From the NCBI GenBank assembly GCA_020536535.1, contig JAHLWZ010000790.1:124001-188000 (forward strand): DNA of 64,000 bases, given 5' to 3'. The translations under genes and the position numbers were made by a program. Below are positions 51,678 through 64,000 of this stretch, piece after piece. Below the pieces are notes generated by a model. That model ran no database searches. It had not been told where the DNA came from and worked only from the letters and a program-made list of their open reading frames with translations. Within the stretch, counting starts at the first letter, position 1. The number at the start of each line of letters is the position of its first letter. The DNA comes from Pelomyxa schiedti (Eukaryota; Protista; Evosea).

Positions 51678-53844
51678 ATGCAACGACCCGATTCTGTCTT
51701 GGTGCTGTCCAAGGCCATTTGGGACTTCGTGGTTCCGTTCCTGAGCAACTCGCAAGACCAACGGCAACATGACGCCTCCGAGCTTATGGGATCCCCCAAG
51801 GACGCCCAGTTTTCGCCGATGATGTGCGTCGCCGACGCATTTTTCCCTCTCGTGGCCCTGTCCTGCAAAGCGTCGATGTCAGTCCTCGGGTCTCGCTGCG
51901 CCCTGCTCTGCGCGGCCAAGTTGGACTGCCGGCGCTGCGTCGACTGGATAGTGTCCCACAAGCATAGAAGAGCCGACGCGGGCAGTGCGGGGCTGTCGCC
52001 CTCGCCCCATAATCGCGCATCGGCGCCGGCTGCCCGGCACAAGGACTTGCTCACGGTCCTGCAAGGGCTTTGTCTCGGGGGCCACTTGGACCAAGCCAAG
52101 AGTTTGGTCTCTGGTGAATACATTATGGGTTTCCCTGGGCCCTCAAGGTCCCTCAGGTGGCCAACTGAGGCCAATCTACAGGAACAACTTGTTGAATTGG
52201 TCAGGGATTGGCCCATTCTGGACCAGGCCTGTGGAGTTGGGAACATTGAAATTGTCAAGTGGATTGTGCTGAACTTTGGATTCCAGGAGCCTTGGCAATT
52301 TTTGGATCCAATAGGGAGTGCCTTGTCAAAGGGGCACTTGGAAGTGGCTCAGTGGCTGGCTGGTTATCTCAATGTTGGAGATGAATTGGCTAAAGCTAAG
52401 CCCTCTGACTTGGCCACACGTGCTTGTGAAAGTGGCCGGGTTGATGTGGCCAAGTGGGCCTTCCAGAGGTTCCCACGAATTAAGCCTACTGAAGATGCCA
52501 CTGACTACTTTTATGAGGCCCTGGCAGGAAATTCTCTGGAACTTGCGGCTTGGATTAAGGAATCCTTTCCCATTGAACACTTTGAACTGTCAAACTTCTA
52601 CTTTGTGACTACAAAGGCATTCCGGTGGGCCATGGATACTTTTGGCACTGCTCCCTCAGAAGAAATGCTGGACATGATATGCATGCACATTGGAGACGTG
52701 GACTTGGTAAAGTGGTTTGTTGAGGAGAACTCCGTTTCCCCACGTGCTGAGACTTTGTATTCTGCATGTGTCAGCAGGAGGCCCAGTGTTCCTTTGGTGC
52801 AATACATCACAGAGAGATTTGCCGTATCATCTTCAGACCTTCAAGAAGCTGTAAAGAGATGTCTCTCTTCGAATAATGTAATTCTGGCGAATTGGCTGAA
52901 TGAAAAGTACTCCATTTTGAGTCAAGTACATGCGATTCCAGGTGCAGTGGCTGATCTTCTGCTTTACCTTAGTGAGATGAGTGATGTTTGCAACTTCACT
53001 GGTGTCGAGTGGCTTGTGCAGCACACGCCAATCAACCAGTTCGATGAAGACTCCATATTGGCAGCAATTGACACTGCACTGAGCCTGGAAAACACAGACT
53101 TGGCATTGTTTTTGATTGATAACTTCACATTATCACCACAGGACACCCGTCGTTTTCTGCTAACGGCATTGGACACAACAAAAGCCGAGTCTCTGGCTCC
53201 ACTTCAACATCTTATATCTAAAGGAGGCTTCACAAGAGATGACATCATTGAAAGTATCCACAGAAGTCCAACGATGTACTCCAGCAAAGTTGTCAAGTGG
53301 CTTGTGGCTACATTTGACCTCACAGCGGAACATATTCGGACACACAACAACGGGATACTTGCCGGCCTCTTTGATATGAAGAAAGAGGGTTGCATACAAT
53401 GGTTATTGGAGAGGTTTCACCTTGGTTCTGAAGATGTAACCACACACTCTTTACAAAATAATAATAGACACCAAAAAATATCTCATGTTCACCAAAAAAC
53501 CACTTATCCTCAACTCACTCACTTCCCTTATCCCTCTACTCACTCTTTGATAGGCGCTGCAGATGATGGCACAGTGCAAATACTCTCTATATAGGTCACA
53601 CTTATCTCTGTGGAAACTGTTGCACCAATCATTTCCCACACTCACGGCCAATGACATCAGGCAAAACGGAATGCAACTGGTGACACTTTCACCCACAGTT
53701 GCACAATTTGCAGTGAAAACCTTTGGCATCAGCATGTCGGACTTGTGGGATTTTTTCAAGCATCAGCACCCCTTTCAGGCAGCTTGCCACAGAACAATGA
53801 CTTGGTTGTCAACAATAGACCCTGACAGAGTGTCACTCTTATGA
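51678..53844 (+). CDS. Ankyrin-like helical-repeat protein of an expanded lineage-specific family; near intronless
   Basis: 638-aa ORF with repeated ACxxGxxxxxKW / GHLEVAQWL units; probable single 3' intron to a last exon ending at 53844. Confidence 0.75.
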
Positions 53845-53966
53845 ACCAAGACTCGATGTTACTGACACTGGCACAGGGCACCACTGAGAAATCTGAATCG
53901 CGTAACATCCACCATCACACCTTTTCCGTTGGAAAGCCGAAAAGAAAAAAGCAAAAAAGACAAAAA

Positions 53967-56543
53967 ATGGCCGCCGAGGTGGACGAGATCTTGCTGTCGG
54001 GTCTTAAGGAGATCGGATGGTTGTGTTGCCGTTATTTTTTTACTTTGTAATTGTGGCACAGCACCATCGAAACGGGCATACGAACGCTTAAACAACTCCT
54101 GGAGACAGATCCCTTTGTTTTTTATCAAGGGTGTGCGGCCTACATTAAAGCCGTTGGTACGTCATTTTTTACGCTTTTTTTTTACGCACGATAGCGATCG
54201 CGTTTGTTTCCCTTGGGTTTTGTAGTAACATTGTATCTAAGAGCCACAACGCGAACAGATCCCGGACGCACTTCCAAGTAACTTGTCTGGCCGCACAAAC
54301 GCGTGCACGGCTGTTGCGACTGCGATGAAGGAAATGGGTTATCGAGGTGACCTCAGCTTCCATCAGATTCTGTACCCGAATGAAAGTGAGGTGAGGCACT
54401 TGCTGATGTTTTTGGTCAAAGTTTACAATGAATGGAAAAGTAGTCGGGAAGAGCCTACCTCCAAAAGAGGTGTCCCTGTCTTCGTCCATGAACATTCTTG
54501 CCTTATCTTTTGTTTAAACAGGGGAGGATCTCCTGAGTGACCTAATAGGAAGAGAGTTCACAGCTCTTGCTAAAGAGACCTGGATGCCAATGTACTGTAC
54601 CACCCGCCCTGGAAAACCAAAACCAAGTGCACCACTACATGCCATTGTTATCAGAACACCTGCTCGTACCCGTAGTCTCACAACTGTACCTGGTTGGTTA
54701 CTGTATATTTGTGGGAGCCCCTAAGCTTCCTCAGGTCTTCAATCCTACTACACACAGTTCCTGCCTCCAGTAACCGCCCAAGTGCATGACATACGATCAC
54801 TGCCAGCTGCTGTCTTGGAAACCAACCTATCTATTCTTTCTGAAACCAGAGAGCGTGATACAGAATACCAAACAGGGCTTGACTCAGGCCTCAATCCCCA
54901 GCAATATCGCCTCAGGAAGCGCAAAGTTGTTGTGGGAAACATGGCAAAGACTTTCCAGGCTGCTTTAGCAGCTGCTGGAGACTCTGAGACCAGTGCCTCT
55001 AGGTTATCCTCCACTTTGAACACCTTGATGCAAGCATATGGTATATGTCCCGCATGCTCCATCTAAGATGACTGTGTACAGAACAGAATTTAAAGAGAGG
55101 TGAGGGTGGATTTGGAAGAAAAGTTAAATATGGCCAGCAAGAAAGTGAAGCTTCTGTCGAAACTGCAGAGGTGTTTAGACTATCACGCAATAGTTTTCGG
55201 TATGACAATCTTTAGGAACGACTTGCAAAGCAAAATAAAGAACTGGAGGAACAACAAGCTTCTCTTGCAACCCTTAACGAAGAAATTGAGCAAGTCGAGG
55301 GTGGGATGCAAAACTTTGTGGCCAAGATGAGACAGGTTTTTTCAACAAGTTAACTGGTTTCCTAACTTCACATCAGATCGAAGCCGACATGCATGAAGCA
55401 GATCAAAAGAGAGAGCCCCTTGAGAAGGAATACAGGGTAACAAAAAGTTACTAAACATTTCCAATTTCTTACCTTGCAATAGCTTAAAAAACGAACCTAC
55501 GACCTCCTTCCAGAAGCCGATACCAAAATAGAACAACTTCATAAAATTATTGACACCACCAAAGATCATTTGCTGGAACTGGCAACCGAATGGGAGAAGC
55601 ATAGGTTTGTAAATAGTTGTGCTACTTGAAAGTGAAAACACGATTTAAGAACCCCTCTTATTGCTGAGTTGCGGAAATTGACAGATATGCAACATGAAGC
55701 CCAGGTTTAAGCCTGCCCTTTCTTTATGTAAATTGTTTACCTACTAAATAATTTAGGGTGAGTCTCGGGGTAAATTAGAGGAAGTTAAAATGATGCGTGT
55801 GGAAATGAAGCATCTGGTTGATGAAATCAGGCAAAAGGATGAACGTTACAAGCAACTTGTGGAAGTATTTAAGGGCTTGGGTACCGAGATGAATAGAACT
55901 GCCTACACACGCAGAATACTCGAAATAGTCAAAAATGTCAAAAAGCAAAAAGTTGACATCAACAAGGTAGAGTTAAGTCCTGTATTATGCCAACTCAAGC
56001 TTGAAAGATTCTGGAAGATACAAGAGTTCTCCAGAAGGACATTAACTCTGTAACGGAGAAGCTTGGTCGCAGCTTTGCTGTTACAGAGGAAATGGTTTAC
56101 CAGGATGCCAAAAAGGAATCCGCAAAGGGTGGTGCAGGAGCAAACTTACGAACGCAAGCTTACAAGTCCCTTAAGGGCATAAACGATGTAAGTGTACAGC
56201 GAGATAGCCACAAACAAATAACACAAAACCAACAATCCAGAACTTCACCTCCTACGTGAAAGTTCTTGAAGATATCGGAAGCACGGCAAATAGCATACTC
56301 AACCTCGAAGCAAAGATTGAGCAAATACAAAGCCGTACCAGTACCCTTAACATGGAACGCGTAGAAGCCGACCTCAAGCAAATGCGGGCCGACAACTCCC
56401 GCCTCAAGCTGAGGCTCCTCGAGGTCTCAGAGGGCCGAGCCGACCCCGGCCCTACTGAAGCCGTTGTGTCCACCCCCTCTGCAACAGCAGCCGCTGATAC
56501 TGTTGTCTCCAACCCCCTATTCAATCCTCTCTCAAATCCCTAA
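53967..56543 (+). CDS. CCDC22: Coiled-coil domain-containing protein 22 (CCC/Commander complex)
   Basis: MAAEVDEILLSGLKEIG; MSGR...MKEMGYRGDLSFHQILYPNESEVRHLLMFL; RTAYTRRILEIVKNVKKQKVDINK. Confidence 0.9.
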
Positions 56544-56614
56544 TTGAAACCTTCCCCTAATCAAATCACTTTTTACGAATCGTTGCAACGCTTTTTTTTT
56601 GGTGATTGAACCGA

Positions 56615-57972
56615 ATGAGTTCACTCAAGAAGGCCAGTAGGCACAAGGTACGTGGTATTTTGTTTCCCAACAACACAATCAATCATACCTTAAGTCATAC
56701 ACAAACTCCCAGTCAACAACAGAAAAAAGGTTCTCATTCTAGGCCTTGATGGAGTGAGACCTGATTGTCTCCAAGTCCTGGCCGAGCTTCACAAGATACC
56801 CAACTTAACCGAGCTAAAGTCCGCTTCGGCCTACTGCGACTCAGCCCGGTCGGTTTTTCCCACTCTCTCAGGACCGGCTTGGTCCTCAATCCTGACTGGG
56901 GTTGGTGTTGGCGACCACCTCGTGGTGGACAACGAATTCACGGGAGCAGATGCCAGAAATGGCAGGGGTGGATTGAGGAGATACCCCACATTTTTTAAGA
57001 GGCTATCTGAGGGGCACATGAGAAGATTGAGCAGCGTAAATGGCAGTGGCGCAGATGATTGTGGGAGGGGGAGTGGGCTGAGGTGCTGCTCTTTTGTATC
57101 TTGGGTTCCTATAAATGATTCCATAGTGAGGGGTGAGGCTGTGTGCGAGTCACACCATGAGGACGATCACGCTGTCCTGAGGGATGCACTGAGAGCTTTG
57201 GACCTTGATAACCCTGAATGTCAGTGTGTAGAATACCTTCTTCCACCCCACTGTTCCTACTTTCGAATCGATACATAGTCCTATAAACCTATAAACTCCC
57301 TTCATAATGAGTTGCAAGGCAAAGGCCCAAGTAGTAAGAAATATGAAAATAAACAGATAATAAAAAAGTTGCTGCTATGTGCTCGACCTTGCCTTTTTTT
57401 TTTTTTTCCAAAAAACACCGTACAGGCTTACTCCTTTCACAGCACCAGATGTTTTGTTTGTATACTTTGGAGAGGTGGATGAAGAGGGCCACCGTACCGG
57501 CTATGGTCCGCATGCCAGCAAATACCTGGACACCATTATATCCACAGATGCTCTTGTTGGTCAAGTCCTGCAAGCTGTGCAAGCCAGGACCACGCACAAG
57601 GACGAGAACTGGGTCACTGTGACAGTCACTGATCACGGAGGCATCGAATTCTCTCACGGCGCAAACACCCTCGAGGAAGCAACTGTATTCCTGTGGGTGG
57701 CCGGTGACACAGATACAGTCGCGCGGGGCAAGATACTGGGTGATTCTGACTGGAATTCCAACACACCGCCCAACTCCAGCACCACAAGTGTCAACAACAA
57801 TTGGATAGATGATATACCGGTGTTGATGGATGTGGCTCCCACTGTGGCAGCCCATTTGGGAATTCCAGTTGACCTCAGCTGGGGGTGGAAGGGAAAACCA
57901 AGGGGACTGAAGTCCTGTATGGGAGGCATTGGTACACCCCAACAAAGTTCAGTAACAGAATCATCGTTCTAG
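56615..57972 (+). CDS. Alkaline phosphatase superfamily / type I phosphodiesterase-nucleotide pyrophosphatase
   Basis: KKVLILGLDGVRPD, PTLSGPAWSSILTG, VDEEGH, TDHGG, HG, DVAPTV; 2-3 introns. Confidence 0.88.
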
Positions 57973-58037
57973 TGGGACATGTTCATTCAGTTTGTTTTTT
58001 TTTGATACATAAGGTACAAGGTTTTTTTGAGTTTTGC

Positions 58038-60909
58038 TCAGGGGTCTGATTTTGGGGGTGTTGGGTGTTTGTCTACTGGTGGTGTCTCATCAGTTGGGTT
58101 CTGTTGCTGTGTGGTCAGTTCTTTTGATGGAACAGCTGTAGACGATTCTTCTGCTGCTTTGATTGGATTCACTGGTGTGTCCGCGTGCTGCTGGCAGATT
58201 GGGGGTGGTGAGGTTTTGCAGTTGATGGAATGGATTACAAGAGTGTGGTTGCTGCAGGCTAACCACAGCCAAACGGTTCCGTCACTGGGAATGGTGTGTG
58301 CTATGGCGGTGCAGTGTACATCCTCGAGGGTGTAGAGGCCCTTGGGATACGGGGTGATGGTGCCGGTTGCGGAACTGATGGTTGGTGTTGATGTTTGTTG
58401 TTCAGGCTCATGGTCAGAGGTACTGCCGTCAAGTTCCGGGGGTTCACATGACCAAAGAGCTACGGTACGGTCAAAGCTGGATGTGACAATGAATTCTCCA
58501 ATGTGAATAATGCTATCTACTCGGGCACTGTGCACTCGTTGTGAGACAACAGTGGCACTCGGAGACTCACCTAGGTGATTGCTAAGTTTTCTTTAAGTTT
58601 GAAACTTGGGTACCTTGCTTCACAGACCACAGGCAAATATCACCAGCGGCAGTGCCTCCCCACACTTTATCATTGACCGTCACTAGGCATGTAATATGGG
58701 AGGGCTGTGGTGGAAGGTGTATAACCTTGCCAGTTGTGTGGGGTTGTAGATAAAGCACGTTGCGCATAGCAAACCACATATCTCCATTTATGGATCCAGT
58801 CATGAAGTGCACCATATGCTGCCCCCCAATTTCAACAGAACCCACTCTCTGTCGAGTTTTGGCACTGTACAGTGCTACAGTACCTGGTTCGTGCACACAG
58901 TATACAAGGGAGGCAGGGCCTGGCTGAAGGATGGTTGATGAGTCATGGGGTAATACTCTGGATATGGATTCGGAAACTGACATTTTGGCAGACATGCAGA
59001 GGTTACTTCTGTCCCACACACATATAGTGCCACTGTCGTCACTTGACCATACTTCATGTACTTCTACTTCAACAACACTGCATATGCGGTGAGGTTGGTG
59101 CTCTGTGAACACCTTGACGAGAGCTCCTGTGACACCTGTGGGGGTACGCAATGCAGTTGTGGTTGCAATGGAACGTGCAACAAGATCGAGGTTAAACACA
59201 AGCAATGAGCCACATCTGCACCCAATCCACATGTTATCTGTTGTGGGAAGCATGGCCTCCACTGCACCCGTTTCTGGCATCAGTGTGGAAAAAACAAGTG
59301 GTAAGGATAATTGTATCGGGGTGGACTCGATTGTAGAGAAAGTTTCCAGAGATGCACTGCAATCAGTAACACAACAGGGAATAGGGGGCTTATCCACAGG
59401 AAGATGCACTGATGCATCAAAATTGTTCCTTCTCTGTCTAATTTTTTCTTGCAAGGCCTCGTTTTTTGCGCGCTCATAGATTCTTATATCGCCGTCAGCC
59501 TGCATGGTTTTATGTTTTGCAAACTTGTGAATTCGAAAGGTACTCGTTTAATGGCATCGTTATCACTACAAACTTTCTGCAACGATGGGGTAATTGCTTG
59601 AATCCACTCCCACATCACTTTTGTAGATTTTGCTTGAAGATAATACACGCGATTCAAAGTGGCAATCTCAAAGCAATTTCGTTGAGATTTTGATATCTAG
59701 GAGGAGTTACTGGCACCGATGGAAAATAGACAAAACCTGGACAGCACCCCTCTCCAAGGGTATGAATTTGATTGGATGTATTTGATAAGGATTGGTAAAA
59801 TACCACAGTTTGCGTTCATTTGGCTCTATGGTTTATTGTTGTTTGTGCGTGTCTGTTTAGACTAGTCAAAAATGTACCTTTTAGGCAGAACCATCTTGTT
59901 TTGTAATCATGGTTAAAGTTTCCCTTTTTCATTAGAAAACCTGTGTGGATAAATCCCGACTCCTGTGGGGAAGCATGTCAATTGCACAGTTTTTAAAGTT
60001 TTTTCAACATTGAGAGAAAACAGGTCTTTATTGTCTTTGAAGCCATTCTTTGAGTTAACGTAGCTGATATATCCTCTGTTCATGAGCTCTTGGCATACAT
60101 ATACAGCCTCTTGTCTTGATGTAACATGTGCTCGAGCATAGGTGACCAAACAGTCAACAGCTTGTGCCCCTTGTGGTAAATAAGAATTACATATAATGTG
60201 AGGAGTTAAACAACCTACCACTGAAACTTTTTACTACTGCCTTTCCTGACCGTGCAGAAGTTACTCCAGTAATGGGATCGCGCAAAATAGTCAATATTTT
60301 TTCAAGCTGTGAAGGCGATAAATCCCGAAAATCCTTAAGAGTCCAAATGAGTGTAAAAAAAAGAGGGAAGGTGAAGCACTGGCAGTGGGAGTGAATACAT
60401 GAAAGCAATAAACAGAATTCTCCTCGAATGTGGTCGACTCACAGAGATCATAGAAATACGATCTGTCTGAATAGGCTCTCAGCTTCCTCATGGGGGAAAA
60501 CAAAAAAAGAACGAACTGAGAAAAGTTACCCAATAAAATAACAGCAATGGCTCTGGACTCCTCCATTGTTTTGCCACATCTTGTTACCATAAAGTTCAGT
60601 AGATCACTCCCTGAAACAAGAAAGAACCTCGAGTGAATACAGCAAGGATTATAATGTAGTTCACACACCATAGAAACAGTGCTGGAATGACTGACTGTTC
60701 ACAGTCCTCACACTTACTTCCATACCTACCTTTGGGTCTCGTACTCTTTTGACCACGGCATCTATCTGTATAGAAAAACAATTGCAAATTGGGATCGTTC
60801 CGCCAACAGCAAACCAGTAAATAACAAAAAAAGAAAACAAGAAACAAACATCTTTGGCCAAAATTTCTTGCTCAGGGCTGGGTCTGCTCGTTGTTGGTGG
60901 CGAAAACAT
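58038..60909 (-). CDS. Tandem DEP-DEP plus coiled coil plus WD40 beta-propeller protein
   Basis: DEP1: VKRVRDPKVGMEV...CF/GSDLLNFM; DEP2: LRDPITGV...FSG/AQAVDCL...QELMNRGYI; WD: VWSSDDSGTICVW, VWGGTAAGDICLW, VTSSFDRTVALW. Confidence 0.75.
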
Positions 60910-61077
60910 CGCGTACCTCGCCCACGAATTTTTTTTTTCGAATCTGATGACCCCTCATCAAAACAAGAGTCAAATTATGTGAAGAAAAGATGGGAGGAAC
61001 AAAGCCAACACAAGAGGCCTCAATGCTTAAATAAAATTCGTACTATTTATTACCATTTACAAGACAACAAAAAATTG

Positions 61078-64000
61078 TCATGCCCTGTTTTGTAAGTAAG
61101 TGAGAAGTTGGGGCTTTGAGGAATGGTATTTGTACCAAGAGGGTCGTAGACTGAGAGCCATACAAGTTGTGTGGTCTAGTTTACCTGGATACATTTTGAA
61201 ATCGTGAGGAAGTCGGCCCCGGGGATTCTTCTCCAGAAATGTTCTAGAAGTAGGTGTTGCTATTGGAAGAAAACGGATGTAGGCCAGACCTGCTTGGATT
61301 TGTCACATCCACACAGTAGTTTATGATTCTTTCTACAACCTGGTCAACTTGAGGCTGCTCGGCATCGGGCGAAATAAGCTCTGTAAGTTTCCCGGTCCTA
61401 CGATAGCATTTGAGTACTGAAAGTATTAAAAAGAGGGGTATTTACATAAAATCTTCTCGTGCCTTTGATGCTAAATCGGGATTGAGCGCTGTGGCCTCAT
61501 CCCAGTTTTTATCCACAAAGTCTGGTATCAGGTCGCCGGGTTCCACGGCAAGAGAAGGTGCTTCCAGGTTATCATGCACTCCATCACTGGAAGTAGCAGG
61601 GTGGATTAGATAAAATTGGAGACTAGTTTTCAGATACCTCAGCAGAATAATTATATCATGCTTATGGCAAGGAGCATAGTACAGGCTTAGATTGCGCAAA
61701 TCCGGTGCTCCCCCTACCAGAAACGGGCCGATGCGACCACCGGGATCTGATGGGTCAAGAGTACCTCTGTTCTTTGAACTGAAAGTGTCATTATTGAGTA
61801 GTTGTATCACTTGCTTGGAATACGTTATTTCAAAGACTTTCTTTTCTTTGGCAGACCAACGGAAAGCCTACAAAGTACGTTAATTTTCTTCCCTTTGCAC
61901 TAGAATAAAACCTTGCAGTCCCCAATACTTAAAACTATGCAAGCCCATTTACTGTATTTTACACCTATGGAATGTGAGGGATTCCTTAACGAAGCTTCAG
62001 CCATGTTTAAAAGAAAACTCACTTTCATCAGGTTCATTCTCCCATCCAATCTTGCAGAGTGTAAAAAAAAAAAAAAAAAACACAGTCAAGTGAAAATACT
62101 CGTGTTGGAACACAGGTGACGCCAAGTAAAGTTGTTGTTCCGACCTCCACAATATCGTGTTTATCCCATACAATTGCATTATGAGCATGGGCCAGAGCTT
62201 GAATCATAAGTGCGCCATATTCACGCACTGAGGTTGCACCACTTGATCATGCGGTTAGAAGAATAAGATATAAAATTATACTTACAAAGACTTCTCGAAA
62301 AGAAAGTTAATGAATGTCGATGATGCCCTGGCGGCGGCTTCTTTTGGCTTAGCCCCCCAGTTGCCTTGGGATGTAAGACAATTTTAAATAAGAAGAAATA
62401 GGTACATCCGTCGGTTACACAGAGGAACGCTCGTCCACCAGAACAGAGTTTAGCCTGAAAATGATCACACAAGGGGTTTCCGAGCTTTTTCCCAGTCAGT
62501 AGAAGTCTTTACATATAAATCTGTAGTTGCTGTTGCACACCCGTTTTTTTGCAGCGGCATCATAAGGATAGGTTGACACAGCTTTCGCGGAGAAGACATC
62601 AGAAAACCGCAGTAGAGTACCTTCGGAGTCTACGTTTTCTATTGCTTGTATTTCTGAGGACATGTGTTGGGTAATGAATTCCTGACCAGAAATTAAATAT
62701 TTCAGGTAAGAATAACCTCTTTTACCATAGGGAGTACATCAGTCAAATGGAAGAAAGAGTCCGTCATTGAGGTTAGAAAGGAAAGGCCCAATGACGGAGG
62801 TATTTGTTTATGTGACACTTCAAAAGTCCTCCGAACATCCTCTTTTTTTGACTGGAGCAGTGCCAATCTCTTTTTTTTTTTTTTTTTTTTGAGTGTGTTG
62901 GCCAAGCATTATTTAGTCAAATTACCTTGCTTTCTTCCAACTCGACACGCAATAATTTAGCTCTCAGTTTTTCTGAATTTATATGATAAAAACAGTTAGT
63001 CAGAAAGGAAAAAATTAGGCATAGAGGAACCTCTCTGAGTTCCGAGCTTGTATACTTGTTCTTCAATTTCTCTAATATCTTCCATCATTTTATCTATTTG
63101 CGGCATAACGGGATTGACGGCAGACCCAGATGCCGGTGTTATCAGGGTCAAACCTCGTGCACGTTCAGTTGGTGCAGGGTCTGGCTCGGTTCTTCTGAGA
63201 GATTCGTAAACACTTTGGGTGTGTGGTTGTTCTATATCATGTTCTACAGGAAAGGTGTGTGACCGCAACATTCTTTGTGGTAATAGATGCGGAAGTGTCT
63301 GTGGGGGTGCTGTCCGATGAGGATTGGGTGTGGTTGTGGTTTTCACTGCTGATTCAATTACTACGGTATTATTCACAGATACTGTGGTGGTAGTTGTTGA
63401 AGTGGGTTGGGGTGTATTATCAAGGGTTGTGGTGGTGAGGCCAGCAACTGCAGATTCCATTGTAGGAGGACCTGTTACTGCTTGCGGTGCGGGACTTGTT
63501 GTTGGTATAACGGCATGCTTCAGAAGCTCTGAGTGGTCCTGTTGATGTTCATCAAAGAAATCCAAGTATTCCACATCCTTTAACTTGGTCTTTGCTTTAG
63601 ATTCGTTGTGACTGTGGCGCCTGTGATTATGATGGCTGTGGGCATGGGTGCGGGGAAGTCCCATTTCATTGTGAGATTCAGGGAGAGTGGGTGTGGGAAT
63701 TGTTGTGGGGGGAGAACTATGGGATACACTGTGCCTAGTTGCTGCATGTGGTAGAGCGAGGTGAATGGAGTGGGCTGGGGGTCCGTTTGGTGTGTGACTG
63801 GGAGCTCGTTCAACAGGAGCCTCCGAGGGTTCCTGAAAAAGCAAAGTAGATGACGGCGCAGCATCCAAATCAATCTTGGAAACATCAGAATGCGTGGTTC
63901 CGTCATTTCTCGACGAAGGAGGAGAGGAAGGAGCAGGCGCGAGTGTGGGCGTCTTCGCCGAGCGAGAGGAGCTGCGTTTTACTACAGGCGGGCAGTCCAG
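61078..64000 (-). CDS. PP2C-like domain protein (CG9801-like) with a low-complexity N-terminus; 5' end lies beyond the window
   Basis: CDHF...VTDGC, AHNAI...GTTTLLG, DPSDPGGRIGP, PDLRNL, DGVHDNL, YPGKLDHTTC; the frame is open to position 64000. Confidence 0.8.

Noticed and set aside
30975-56543. Functional cluster of endomembrane genes (CCDC47, BEACH, CCDC22)
   Set aside because: They are interspersed with unrelated genes; chance proximity is expected in a compact eukaryotic genome.
58038-64000. A single PP2C-DEP-WD40 mega-gene
   Set aside because: A stop follows the PP2C-like domain (~61078), then a short A-rich spacer and a new ATG at 60909.
1-64000. CRISPR arrays, rRNA, transposase or reverse-transcriptase ORFs, U12 introns, alternative genetic code
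   Set aside because: None seen. TAA, TAG and TGA all end genes, and the ATATCCTT/GTATCCTT hits are not at intron 5' ends.

Overview
Gene-dense eukaryotic (protist) genomic DNA with many short (~40-100 nt) spliceosomal introns, the standard genetic code and very short intergenic spacers. It contains one 100-N scaffold gap (25599-25698). Gene style and families suggest an amoebozoan, possibly Archamoebae/Pelomyxa-like (inference, not searched). The ORF track splits genes at introns, so most models below were spliced by hand and their ends are approximate. About 24 protein genes: MEMO-like, PH-SH3, Ulp/SENP protease, a large VWA-UBC-S1-F-box fusion, metallophosphoesterase, DSP-UBA, LRR, DUF5054-like, RPS6 with an H1-like tail, two divergent paralogous TKL kinases, CCDC47, ZC2HC1-like, an RS/RD-rich protein, BEACH, RPA1, an ankyrin-like protein, CCDC22, an alkaline-phosphatase-family enzyme, DEP-DEP-WD40 and a PP2C-like protein. 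There is also a clear U6 snRNA gene with a DUSE-like upstream element. The least-explained region is 49.5-51.3 kb, a non-genic interval holding a candidate C/D snoRNA, a MITE-like insertion with an empty-site copy nearby, an exact 32-bp direct repeat, an inverted-repeat-bounded ~870-bp segment and several RNA-like hairpins. No CRISPR array, rRNA, tRNA or transposase could be supported.
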